NCBI GenBank assembly: GCA_965637545.1
Contig: OZ281501.1
Span: 15,128,001 to 15,192,000 of the forward strand
Direction of reading: 5' to 3'
Source: Phallusia mammillata
Taxonomy: Eukaryota
Length of the DNA stretch: 64,000 nucleotides
The position numbers and the translations under genes were made by a program. The notes below the pieces were generated by a model. That model was not told the DNA's origin. It saw nothing but the letters and a program-made list of their open reading frames with translations, and searched no databases. Below are positions 27,123 to 40,150 of this stretch, piece by piece (the first letter of the stretch is position 1; every line of letters begins with the position of its first letter).

Positions 27123-27840
27123 GTACTAGATTTAGTAAAACCAGTGGTACTTAAACCTTTTCATATTTTTTTTCATAGCTCACATATTTATTAACAGTTA
27201 AGCTTGCATGTAACCAGCAATTTCACGTTATTTCGTTATATTATCTGATGGACTAGGGATACTTTATTAACCAAGTCAGCCATTTACAGCCCTTTAAACA
27301 AACTAACTTTGCTTTGCATATTATGCAAATAGACGAGTAAATTCTGCTTATCGTGTTTAAGCAGAGAAAGACTAGCGTGCAGTGGGAGTCAAACCATTTC
27401 CCCTGGAAAATATAATATTTGACTGGGGAGACATTATACTTTTAAGATTGCCCAATCGGTTGAAGATTTTTTTTTAAATTGCCTGGACATTTGCAAACCT
27501 TTGTTCTTGCAAACCCCTGGAAACCTAAATTGATTGATACTTTTTGGCAGCGTACCTTAAAATTTGTGGTAATCACCGTAACGAGTCGAGGTGCCTCACC
27601 GGATTATTTAATTTTCTTCATCTTGTGGTCATAAACCATGTTTCCACAACAATCATGCGTTTAAATGCAACTAAATGCAACTTTGCAGGGCTTAGGTAAG
27701 AAAAAGTTTCACCAATAGCCAAGTTTCACTTTTGTCCTTCTACATAAAATGTTTGTTCAAATGAACATTATTCCACTAAAATCAAGTATAAGACTTCAAA
27801 TGGGGTTACTTTTACGTTTTAACATAGGTCTAGTAAATAC

Positions 27841-27898
27841 TAAACGACGGTTTCAGTGATGGATTAAAACCATCATCATCAGGGTTTAAACTGATGAT
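27841..27898 (-). mobile_element. Third, degenerate hammerhead-like motif
   Basis: Minus strand TAAACC-CTGATGA-TGATGG/CCATCA-CT-GAAAC-C-GTC-GTTTA; partial inverted copy on plus at 27888. Confidence 0.4.
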
Positions 27899-28095
27899 CA
27901 CTGTTTGCCCCTTTCAGCGATAAAAGAGTAAAACTAATAGACTGTAAAATCCTTGGTTTGAATAAAATCAGTCAGTTTCATGTGAAGGAATATATATTTC
28001 GCGTAAATGGCATTATCAGCCTAGTAAATATGTACGTAATCATGAAAAACATCTAAACCTGTACAAAACCAAACCAAGAATTTGTTGTCTCACAG

Positions 28096-28241
28096 CGAAA
28101 GAAAGTGTCTCCCAAATGGCTCAAGATCGCCCTCCAGCGTTCAGTCAGTCTCTCCTACCAGCTGAAGTTCGAGTTGGAAACCGAATTCGATTCGAATGTA
28201 AAGTGGAAGGAAGACCGAAACCAACAGTTGTATGGAATAAG
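28096..28241 (+). CDS. MYLK: Exon 4, Ig2 N-half (AKESVSQMAQDRPPAFSQSL...FECKVEGRPKPTVVWNK)
   Basis: cacag| acceptor, AAG|gtaagc donor, I-set pattern. Confidence 0.93.
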
Positions 28242-30010
28242 GTAAGCCACTCGAAAATAAAATCATAAGGTCGCAGGCTGTAATCTCACAGTTTTTACAT
28301 TTAACGTTGATTATAATCGGACAAATGTTTTATTGAATCTATCTGATGAAAAGGTATTGTCTAAACCAAAACTTTTTAAATCTTCTAATGAACGGTATTA
28401 TCTGAACGAAAACTTTTAACAGCTGCAGTTTGTTGAAGAAGGTCAGTAATGTCATTTAAGTACAGTTTAGAGCATTTAAGGATTATTGGTAACATTTCAT
28501 ATATTTTCTAATTCTGAGGACAGTTGGACTGGCTTTCCATTCATTTGTAGTATCGGCGTTGCCTACTCAGTCACAAGTTTCTAAATAAAAAAACAGTTAT
28601 TTTGCACTACAAGCTGATCTTAAGAAGACTACCGTCTTGTCGCGTAAAAACGCTGTCAGTCTGATCATTACATTCCTAAGAAAGTGTTCGGCGTTCAGTT
28701 TATTTGCTGTTTATGCGTTGGCACAGGGCCTAACAGGTGTGCAATGCTCGTATCTGTACCACAGGGCTAAGCTCAAACGAAGGCTAAGTGACACGTAAAA
28801 GTTTCTGTGTTTGCAATAAACCAACTTTAGCTATGTGGTAATTGCTGACACGGGATAGACCTAGTGCCCTGTTCGATAACCTCAAGGCCATGTCAGTTGA
28901 ATGCTTAAATGGGGATGGGTTTAGGAGGGCATTGGTATGTCAAAATTGTCGCCCTGTATTTCCCCTCAAGGTCGTTTGCTTTTCCGCTTCAAAACAGGTA
29001 AACGCCAAAACAGTCGGTTCAAATTACCTGAGGTGAGAATAGGGGATGTGTATAATGACTTGGTCAGTTTTTTGAACAATGGTTGGTATAATTCCCTGCA
29101 TAATTTCCCACGAAAATTTTTTAACGTATAGGGATTTTTTAGATTTTTGTTTTCAGTCAAGAACATATATAATGCGACTAACATATGAAATAAAACATAT
29201 GAATATAAATAATATTTTGTGGATGCTACAATGTCCTAATTTTGAGATGAAAAAGCTTGACCCAAATAGTGGTGAAAATAGTGTCTGACATGTGTTTTAA
29301 TTTCTACTGTCTATGAAGTGGCATTCTAGTCCCAGTTAATGCAAGTGTGTTGTTCTACTTTTCTCGCTCCATTGCACCGTATTTCACAATAAAACCGACC
29401 CATAATTGGCAGCGGCTTTTACCATACAGGCCTAATACCGCACCGCGAAGCCAGTCAATGAGTCACCCAGCACACCTTAAGGCATAATTTGATGGAGGCC
29501 TTGTACCTTTTGCCGCCTCGTAATAGCCCATGGTTTCCTGAAACATAGTCGGGTTTAAGGCTTGGCCCTGGAGTATTTTATTGACGGGCGTTTAACAGGG
29601 GGAATTTTGTGCAAGCAGATGAACTGAAAGATTGCTGTTGGTAATTTGAAAACATGTTGAGTTCCTTGTGCTTAAAGTACCATGAAAACTTTGTTGTGGC
29701 TTACCCAAATTCAAATTCTTAAGCTTTGGTGTGCATTGATTACATTTGCCCTTTTTTACATCAAACAGAAGTTCATTCAAACAATGGTAATATCAAAATA
29801 TTTTTTACAGACTTGTACATACATTTTCCAGCTTATACAACCGGAAATTGCAATTGACCAGTAACGCAAATCACAGACCAATCACACAGTCACAAAAAAT
29901 ATATTTCCTTCCGTGAAAATGAGTAAATGGCTTGTGGTGCTAGAACAAGAAAAATCACTAGCTTGAAAATCGACAAATTTCGAACAATTTTATAACATTT
30001 AAATCACTCA

Positions 30011-30960
30011 CCTAATAGACCAGTTTAACACAAGACGAGAAACGATTTACGATAAAAACGTGACACAATTTTATACATGCGAGCCATCTTCAAAGCACCG
30101 ACACACCCATGTAATTTGAAATCCACACTCTTGAAATTCCCTTCATGCAAACGCCTGTCGACTAAGGCTGCAAATTCCTTTGCACGAATCCATAACAAAA
30201 CTAAAGCAGCATTGGTTGGCTTATACAGAACAGCTGCTGCTGGCGAAATGCGCTGGTATTCAAACGATCTTTTTGCCTGGATAAGTTTCCCAGTTGCAGG
30301 ACTGTAAATCAATGTGACAGGCGATCTTTCGTTGAATTCCATTGGTGAAGGCGAACGTGACTTTTAGGGACTTGCTTGTGAAGCTGAAACATTCTTGCTT
30401 GAAGCTTTTTTAGACTGTGTGACTTGTGTCAAGAAAAGCAAATGTTTTTTTTTCAAATTTAAAATATGAAATATATAGTCTACTTTGTCAGTTATAGGTA
30501 GGGAGTAAGAAGCCTGGTTACTACCATCAAATATCTTTAATTGTTTTATGATCCACAATTATGTTTCTCACCTTTGGAAGTTTTAGCAATGCTGTTCCTG
30601 TATCAAAAAAATGTTGTTGTGGTTTTTCATTGCTTTTTCTTTCATTGCATTGCTTTACCTGTTAGGCAAGCGATAACGCCTGGATTTTCATCAACAAAAT
30701 ACCTGCAACTTAAAATGTTTTTGCAGTAAATCCACCCCTTAGTGTTCATTTTAACTTGGCCACCAGCATTGCCAAAGTTGCCTTATCATTGCCATTATAA
30801 GCCGGTGTGGGGAGCCCTTGTCATCATATGTCAAATTTCCTTTCTTTTCTTCCATGCCGTTTCTTTATGTTAGATGGTCCATCATTACTCTGACTGTCAG
30901 ATAGAAGATGATACGATATATTTAGGGGCTTAGCTTCCGTTTAAGATACGTTCTGCTGGA
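30011..30960 (-). pseudogene. Possible decayed, spliced antisense coding remnant of unknown family
   Basis: Minus-strand micro-exons 30702-30659 and 30597-30572 with GT-AG 61-nt intron read YFVDENPGVIACLTGTALLKLPK; next segment joins ORF 30025..30342 across one TAA. Confidence 0.25.
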
Positions 30961-31261
30961 AAATGTGTAACGCCGTGTAATCTTTTTGTTTATTCAACAA
31001 GATAGAAAATGTTTAAAAAACGGTTGTAAAGTTGTTGTCTTGACAAACCTTATCAAAGCAATGTATTAGCCAATTTGTGATAGCTTTGTAAGGCTGTTTT
31101 TGGTTTTGTTTGAATTTGGTTTGCAGAAGGACTTTTAATGGTTGATTTTTTTTGTTTCGCGGTCAATTTTACTTACCAGTTCTTTTCAGAATTCTGCAGC
31201 AGTCTAGCATGTAACTGAAATATTAAAAAAAACAAGTGAATTCGTTTGTTTTTGTCTAAGA

Positions 31262-31807
31262 CAGTGGTTCTTAACCTTTTTTGTGTGGTTTCCCACTAAA
31301 GTAAATCATCAAGTTCGAATTTCCCCCTCTGTTATTTTTATAATGATGTTTTGTGCCCAACATTAACAAAAAAGTTATTGTTTAATCGAAATACTTGAAG
31401 CGAAGCGATTCGGTTGGGACCTTAAAGGTGTACTGCAATCTTATTGAGTTGAATAGTCATGAGAAAGTAAATTCGTGTGGAATTTTGAAAAATCTCATAT
31501 GCTTGCGTTAGTCATTTATTGCATCATAATCAACAGATCAAATGCATATATTCGCGAACAATAACAAAGTCATTGATACTTTTAGTAACTTCTGTGACGT
31601 AACAAACGATTTTTGGATTTTTATGCGCCTTGTAAAACTAGGTGATCTTAATCTTACATGTTGTTGCGGAAAATATTGTATTAAATTAATTTTCAAAATT
31701 TTAATTTCAACGGGCCCGAGTTTGGTGACTTCTGACTCACATAATTTCCCTCTGAAAACATTAAATTTCCCACTAGTGGGAAATTTCCCACCGGTTAAGA
31801 ACCACTG
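31262..31807. mobile_element. Non-autonomous hAT MITE
   Basis: Perfect 15-bp TIR CAGTGGTTCTTAACC / GGTTAAGAACCACTG; perfect TSD GTCTAAGA (31254-31261, 31808-31815). Confidence 0.93.
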
Positions 31808-33196
31808 GTCTAAGACATCTTCTTAACTCAATTCTCTATCGTATGTTGGAGGCCGTGATGGGTAAAATCAAAAAGTAAATTTATCATAAGAAAACTTTTA
31901 ATCTTTTTAATGTTTTGGACGTCAGTGATTTACGATAAATATATTGGCTTTGTTTCGAGTAAGACCAATGCGTTTTCTTTTCAACGAACTGTTAGTGACC
32001 AAGACAATTTTGAAACATGAACAAAATCGTCACATGGAAAGTTCAAACACATTACTTTGCTTCATGCGATAACGCCACACTTACATTAGCCCGTTCGATG
32101 TATTGTTGTGAGGAGAAACATAACTAATGCATACCCCGACAAATACTTTATCCTTCTATGCAAAGATGACGTCAACCAGTATGCTTCGTCCTAACGCAGA
32201 AAACATACAGCTGAAATTAACATTTGTTTTTGCCAATTGGTTTGTTTCTCGACAATACATCAAATGTTATTCATGGGTCATTTTGCAATATGAAGTCAAA
32301 CTATTGTGGACAAAATTTCAAAATACTTGTCAACCAACATATATATATATATATCCGTTGCTAAGCAACAGTGTTGTTATGACGCGCTTCAAAACAGCAG
32401 TTAGATAACACACATACACTTTAAATGACCCGAATCTTAAATTGCTGAGCAATCTGTGTTGTTGTTTTTTGACGCATTCCTATTGTGTATGAAATAGATT
32501 GCATATGCTCTAGTTCAAGTCTTTGGGCACCCCTTGCCTTTCAAAGAACCAAACCTGCCATTGGTTTGATGTTTGGTGTAAATCAATAAAGCCTACATGG
32601 AAATGTAATCTCGACTCTTCACTTTGGCCTAAAGCAGACCATTTAAACCGGAAAAACTTAATCCTCTCGTCTGTTTTATCTAAATATATAGAGAGGAGAA
32701 CAAATTAAACACTTCTGTGGTTCTTAATAGCTGCAGGCAGTTCATTTGGACCGGAAGACTTGAGATAGTATCAGTAAATTACCTGCCGGACTGTGCACGA
32801 TCGCGGTTTCCAGTATTTACCTTTACAAACTCTCACATTGCCCACAAAAATCCACTCCCTCGCTTTAGTTTTCTTTGTTTCCATCCTTGTGCAGCACTTT
32901 AGCCAGCAACAAAACCAGTTGAAGTGCCCACCGCATGCGGTTGTTCTGCTATCAATTGTGTTTCGGCGTTGATGCGAAGAATTTTGCCAGCACCCTGCGT
33001 TATACGGAGAACGCAGAACACAGCAAACATTACCTGGCTCGCGAAGGGAGTAATTACACAGTCATAGGCGGGATACATTTGGCGTGAGCAGGACCGCGAA
33101 GCCGTCATTACAGTGCCATCGTTGTCAGGTGCAGATAACGCCGTGTATCTCTGCAAGCTTATAAGTTAGGAAAATTTTAAAACTTGGACACGTTCG

Positions 33197-33280
33197 ATGC
33201 CCAAGGCCAGCCTTTGCAACCCTGAGGAATACTCTGGTTGGCCGCTTGAGCCTGTGTTTTGGACGAGTCCTGTGCTAAGG
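33197..33280 (+). CDS. Candidate alternative first exon, MPKASLCNPEEYSGWPLEPVFWTSPVLR
   Basis: ATG plus exactly 28 codons ending at AGG|gtaagt (phase 0), in frame with exon 5; lies at end of a GC-richer island. Confidence 0.4.
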
Positions 33281-36200
33281 GTAAGTGACTGTGTGTTAGT
33301 AAGAAGAACATACTAATTATATAGGACGGTCATCAAAAAAAATGCTTTAGAAAATTGTAACAAAGTAGTGCAAGGTTACAAAGTCATCGAGCCACGTAAA
33401 CTTATTAAAGCTATTGAAGCTAGAAACAAGGTCAAAGCAGTCGGCCAAATAAAACTGAAAACAATAGAAAATGAAAAAAAAACTTTGAATGAAATTCGAT
33501 TTTAAATCTCATAAAAGTACACTCGCAAAGTATATACAGTAGAACTATGTTTTGATTATAGGACCCAGAGTTTACACCTAGTTGCAAGCTGATTGCCTTA
33601 AAGAACTACAAGACCCTTGTCGAGATTGCTGTCCTATATTTAGCAGCATCTAGGCTTTTGTTTGTCATTTACTTAGTAAACATTCTGCCTTGTCAAAGCT
33701 ACTAAACTCGGTAAACATACATCAGCCCGCTAATGGCGATTGTAAATTGTTCATAGCCCGTGTAATTGCACTTGAAACCGTCGCGTGGCCAGTCCCATAT
33801 ACCGATTTCGAGTCAGTTTATTGTGACGCTAAGTCGAAAATCAAACAAGCTTCCCGCTGTGCGCTTACGTTCCGAGAATCCCATGGACAAACAGAACCCT
33901 CCTCGGACGGTTTGAAATGCTTTGGATGTTTGTTGTCGACTTTAATTAAAACCTGACTGTCATGTTTTGAAGTCTGCGTCGCCGGGAAAGTTTTTCTACA
34001 CTATTTGACTTTCGAAGTTGAGGCAGCACTTTAGCACAGAAGCTTTTGCAAGTTAACGTGAAGGAATGTGGGCCAAATGTTATTTTGCGGAATTTAGGAA
34101 GTAACGGAAAGCGTTTAATTTCCAATTTTCGCTGTATTAGGTATTTGCAGTCAAGTCTAAAAATAAAACTTTTAGCAAAAGGGTTTTAAATGAACGATTA
34201 TTTTGTTGTGTTTCTTAAAAGATAAATTTACACCTTTTTAGCAGGTTAATCAACCACTTTGAACAATGTACACTTAGCAAAGGCAACTGTATCATAAATT
34301 CGTCTAAAAGTGTAAAAATTCGTTTTAAAATATAACAAAAACAATAGTCATAACGTAGATACCGTTGTCTAAACAAAAGAGCTTGAATTCTTTGATCTTG
34401 TACTTGTAATTCCAATATTTTATCTCTACATTGTGTAGGCTGCGTATTATATTGTAGACTGCGTATAAGATTATCTTTTCATTCCGAGGCATTCGGAAAT
34501 TAAGTTATCCAGGTTAACATGCTTCAGTGATCCAGAAAATTCCGACAAAAAATAGTTTTACAGAAGTTGGAGAAAAATCTTTCGAAATATTCTCTGATAT
34601 TTAAAATGCCTAAAACACCAGTTTAACAGTTAAATACGGTTGTTTTGTGTGTTATGATAAAGAACAGAATAGTTAATAAAAGAATTTGTTAGGAATACAG
34701 TTTTTTTCTTGTCTTTTCTTGAGTTAAAAATACATTCACATTTTTTGTGTGTGTATGACATAAAATGTACCTTAGTTTTTTTTTTCACACGAAAACCTTC
34801 CATTAACCATCGCTGACCGTTTTCGTTGTAATTGTAATAAAATCCACAAACATGTGGGCAAAGTGTGTAACCGTAGACACTTTTGTTACGCCCTGTACAA
34901 TCTTTTCCCTGCCTAAAAGCTTCGGTGATTTTTGCAATCACCTAAAATCGTCTAACGTCGCGCTATCGCCCTTATCAATTCCATTGTGACGTCAAAGTAC
35001 GGAAGTGTGAGACCACAGTGCCGCATTGTTTCGTCACAGTGGCTAGAGCAAGGAGAATAGATCAAAACGTTGCAGGATGTCAACCTGTGGTCTGGAAAAC
35101 ACAATGGTAGCATTATCTTTGACTGCTGGTGCCAATGGGACGCTTTATAAGCTCCTGTAAAAGGTTGAAGTTTCAGAGTAGTTCTGTTTGTTGGTTGGCA
35201 ATATGTGCAAACAGGTCTGGTGAGCATAAGTGATAAATTACTACACTGGTAAATATTATTCAGTTTTGTCGTTAGCAACAAGTTTTTAAAATGTTGTCGT
35301 GCTGCAAGGTCACATGTTGACTTTCGAAAGAAAACAGATTTTGGCAGTTGAAAATGAGATTTAACCTGCAAATTAAGGAAACATTAAGTTCTAGTCTAGT
35401 GCAGTTACCTTTGTAGGTTTTTGAAGCCGCGAATTTAACACCAACGTTTCATAACATTTTTTTCAAAAAAAAAAAAAGGTTTTCGAAAGAAAATGTCACG
35501 AAGTGTTTTCAATTTTCTGCTTTTTAACCAAATGTAACTTTTTGTTTGCGTAAAATGGTGTTTTATTTCACTTAAACACTATGCGCAAGAATAAAGATGT
35601 ACCGTTAAATTCGTAAAAAAACAAATACAGTTCCAAACGTGCACCAAATTCCTTTACAATTTGGTACCATGTAATCACTACAACGTCAAATATCCTGTCT
35701 CATTATTTTGAACGAAGCGAAATATTGTCTTTCAAATTGCGTTTTGCCATTCCACATATATTCGTTTTTGCCTTGGAGCGCTTAATCCAACCAGTCGAAG
35801 CTTTTTCCCATAAATGGAAGGCGTTACGCTTTACTGCACGTGTGACGTATCTTCTCAGGTGCCTGCATACGCACAGGCGAATTTTTTCTTCACTTTCACC
35901 ATTAGTGGCCTAGAGACAAGTCGAAATTTTAACCTCGGTGTTTTGCAAGGAAAGGTTACTTTTGAGGCGAAGAGCTTTGTGGTTTGCTTGCATTATAGGT
36001 GATTTTTTGGAAAATGTAATTAGTTGCAGAAATCGGTCAGTGTTTTTTTTTTACTTTATTTTGTGTGATTTGAGATTTTTTTTAATGCAGGTTTTGATAA
36101 GAGATGATTTTGATATGGCAATAAACGCTATTCAATGAATACGCGAAAGATTAAAATAGATTGGTTTAATGGTATTGGTTTTTGACAAAATGAAATAACC

Positions 36201-38303
36201 TAACATTCTTACCAACAATGTTCATGTTCAATACTAAAACCACCATCGAATTTTCATTGTCACACAGACAGACAGTCCTGTTAAGCCGAATATATTTAAC
36301 AAGTTATTTGGACATGAAGCAATTCAGTACATTTTAGGTCCATTAAAGCCGTGTAGTACCTAATTTCAACCATTAACTAAACAGTACTGGTACAAGGTCA
36401 ATTAGAAATCCCGCTTACGAAGGTACAACACCCGTATATGTAAACACGAAGGGGAGGTAATGCCGTGTTGGAATTCTGATTGACGTTGATAATATTTCTC
36501 TGCCATCAATTAAGTACTTCACTGCGCTAGCGTGTTGCCGGTTTGCGGAGGCAACGCAATGTGCGGAATTTGTGGATTTGCATTTTTTGCGGAGCTTGTG
36601 CAATTAGTTTTATTGGCCTGTGCGGGAGACCAGATTTTTGCGCTAAGTATATTGTATTTTTTTGTAGAACCCTTAAGCGTTTAACATTCTTTAGTTTAAT
36701 AACGGTTTGCGTTTATTAGAAAGTACGATCACACTAAGATAAAAAAGGACAAAAACTGGTTAGGAATCTTTTGAAATAAAAAAAAACATTATAAAATTGT
36801 TAAATTCGCATCGCTGTGACCATTAATTGTGACTCAAACCATAAAACAAGTCAATTTTTTTTTGGTTTTGGACTAAACCGCAAAAGGGGTGAGTAATTGG
36901 ACCCAAGCCTTTAAGAATGTTAATTGGCGACTCTTTGGTGCCAGAAAACCCTAACCCTTAATCCGGTGCGGTGGGGTAAACTCTCGTCGTACGCCTATTA
37001 ACCGTGATTACACCGAGATGTTAACGCATCAAACCCCTGCGGTAGCGGATTTACGTTTCAAGCACGAAGATCGGGATATTTGTGGATGATCCGCCGCTGA
37101 GTCAGGACTTGTTTTGCCGCTGAAGGGAAACGATCACCCAGCTTATCCTCAATAGGGACAATTTAACTTTAAGCTCTCCACTGAGCAATGGCATTAGTGA
37201 ACAAAATTTGACCACCCTTTGGCTAGGGCTTTATCTTATTCTTCACATTTGAATCGTACCACAATAAAAAAGTCAATCTTAGTGTATAGTATTGTTACCC
37301 ACGTTTTCTGTTAGGAATAAGCAAATATTTTTTTTCAACATGATTATTGTTACTTGAAAAATATACGTGTGTTCAACCAAGTCCAAAAACGTGCTTCTTT
37401 GCACCACGCTATTATCTTTTTTTCGATAATTCTTTATTTAAACTGGTTTGTTTTTTACACTAACCAGCGCGATTACAATCATAACTAATGTTGAAATGTT
37501 TAACTAAAGTAACGATAAGAAAAAAACTAAAGTCCCCATAGAGTTGTTTTGTAGATTTTTCCCAGAACGCTGGCCTGGTAATGTTATCATAACTACGGCA
37601 GAAACATATTTCGTTTAAACTTCTTTGGCTCAGCAAGAAAGATTGACGTCTGTTTATCTGTCTGTCTCTACTTGTGATGTTCAGAGCTTTACGTTGATTG
37701 TAATCAGTGGATAAACTTGCGATTATTGCAAGCAGTTGATCTGTATCATTTGCTCTGCCTGCAAACTGGCCTTGGAGGTCTTGCAAGCAACAACTATTCG
37801 CATTTGAGTACATAAGTTTGATTGATCAGGCGTAACAATTCCACTCCTTGTCTTGTATTTGGCAAACATGCCCTCTTGGTTGATGGATTATGTGTGGTAG
37901 GAGAGATTAGTGGAAAGCGCTAGACATGCTTTGGGCTCAATAAGTGAATGTTGCTGGATTTAAAAAATGTCTAGGCCTGTGAAACTTGTAAGAAGGGTGC
38001 TACGGTGGATTTAATTTTTAAACCATGAACAGTTTTTTCTATTGTTACTGGATTATTGAAAATACTTTTCTACATTGATCTGAATACTAAAATAGCAGTT
38101 ATAACGACTAGTTAGGACAGTTTATGTATCTCCTTGTGTGTGTTACTATTAATCCTGTTTAACAAACAGTGAACCGTATTTAAGTGTATATTGTTCATTG
38201 TGTATTTACGAAAAAGTTATGCGTTACTTTGTACCTAATACATTTTTTTATCATGCTATTAATGTATGTAACCAATCTCACTCCAATCTGTTTCTCTGTG
38301 CAG

Positions 38304-38469
38304 GACGGTAAGGTTGTAAGCGCATCAAGTCGTGTGAGGATAATGGAGGTATACGGAACTCACAGTCTTGTAATTTCGCGTACTGAAGCTGCAGACAGCG
38401 GGGTATATTCGATAACTGCCTCCAATCACGTCGGCTCCGATTCCTGTTCTGCTCAACTCCATATACAAG
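38304..38469 (+). CDS. MYLK: Exon 5, Ig2 C-half (DGKVVSASSRVRIMEVYGTHSL...DSGVYSITASNHVGSDSCSAQLHIQ)
   Basis: gtgcag| acceptor phase 0, G|gtataa donor; within ORF 38184..38495. Confidence 0.93.
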
Positions 38470-39700
38470 GTATAATATTCTCATTTGCTTGCTGAAAATG
38501 TAGTAACATGGTAAAAACAACTAGTTGTGTAGATTTAAATTTAAGTATGTTTTGTTCAAAATAGTGCCTAATTGACTTCCTTAATCATACATTACGCACA
38601 AATTTATGGTCAGAATTCCAGTTATGGATTGATGGATTAATTGATGATTGTGATTACTTTATACATCGCTGCAATTAGTTTAATTTCTGCCAAAAACAAT
38701 TTTTGCTCATTTTACAAGTATTTTTTGTTGGGCAAATTTTTTTATCACTTTAGCAATATCGCATTTTAATATTGGTTACTCTTGAACCTTGACGGCGTTC
38801 CAGACATTCCGAACATGTCTACAAAATAATCCATTAATCACACGGTTTCACGATATTTAAGTGTCTATTTCCGTTACCTCAGTTACCAACATGTACAGAA
38901 AACTTCATATTAACACCGAAGCAGTTAACCAGCAACGGTATAAAAAAGGAAACTTTCTCTAACCTATAATTTTCAACGGCTGCACGTGGCTCAGACAGAA
39001 ATGCAATTTATCGCGAGATTTCAGTGTGTCTGGGTCGAGCGTTTTGGAATTTGAAGAATGTTTCTAGTCGCGGCTCTTCGCCGTTATCGGTCTCCAAATA
39101 TCTGCACGAATACACGTGTTTTGCATGTTAGCTTCACTTCCGGGAAAAGTAACATTCTCTTAACCTAGTTCTCGGTAACGCTAAATTTGCGAACCTGGTT
39201 TAAAATATTTAGGTTGGCGGTACAAATTCGCTTTGAATCCTAATCTTGCCAATGTGGTTTGCTACGTTTGAAACGTTAACAAACTAACGTTTTTTGCCGG
39301 AACATGTACATAGTTTTCGAGTTAATGCTTTACACATAAAGATTGCTTAAACAAAATCAATTGTTTCTGTTAGTATGATGGTATCGTTTGTCTCAATTTT
39401 GATGCAAGTTTATGGAATCTTTATTTTATAGTCTCGCTTTATTGTCACAAGACTTTAACTGCAAATTAAAACCGTCTCCAATTTACAGAACATATCTTAG
39501 CAGACAATTTCAGCATACTCAAATTATTCTGCGTATTTCTTATTATGCAAACCACTGCGGATATCGATTTCGCCCAAAAAATTAATTCCAATCTGCATGA
39601 ATTATTAAAAAAATTTTGATAGTGCTTACGTAGGTTGTATGCGCGCAAACTTGCATTTATTTGTATCCAAAACAAAAATGTTATGCTTTTGCTTTCAAAG

Positions 39701-39971
39701 ATATCGCAACCTCTCGTGGATCTTCAAGCAGTCAACTTTCTGCTTACGGAATCAGCACCAGTTCAGACCGTAGCAGTCCCAATACTTCGAACCTAAGTTC
39801 CCCGTCACTTTCACCAAAGCTGGGCAGGGCAATAACCTCAAGACCCGTATCAGGAAATTCTTCGCCATGGGCGTCTGGGGTAAAAACCGGGGGCGGTGGA
39901 CCTCCACCAAGACGACGGGGCCCTGGGTTCATTCTTAGACCAAGACCCCAAACAGCAGCGGCGGGGGACAG
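39701..39971 (+). CDS. MYLK: Exon 6, Ser/Pro-rich linker (SSPWASG) and start of Ig3
   Basis: ttcaaag| acceptor, AG|gttagt phase-2 donor; within ORF 39661..40026. Confidence 0.88.
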
Positions 39972-40012
39972 GTTAGTATATAAAATATATGGTAATGTGG
40001 AACACTATATGA

Positions 40013-40150
40013 GGATCTGTTCATAAGTTTAATGATGATAACGGCCCAAATATGGCCCTTTATATCACTGATGATGGCATGCGCATTTGCCAAATCGTTT
40101 GAACAATAAAACATGACATCTATTTGCGCCGTTATTTTCATCATTAAATT
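40013..40150. mobile_element. Same repeat family, inverted partial duplication; hammerhead GAAA box mutated
   Basis: 40013-40052 is an inverted copy of the family 3' part; CTGATGATGGCATGCGCATTTGCC-AAAT at 40068. Confidence 0.75.

Noticed and set aside
27372-27520. hAT-like ends CAGTGGGAGTCAAACC / GCAAACCCCTG
   Set aside because: Poor TIR match and no TSD.
40046-40055. CArG box CCAAATATGG as SRF site for MYLK
   Set aside because: Formed at the junction of a repeat element; no supporting context.
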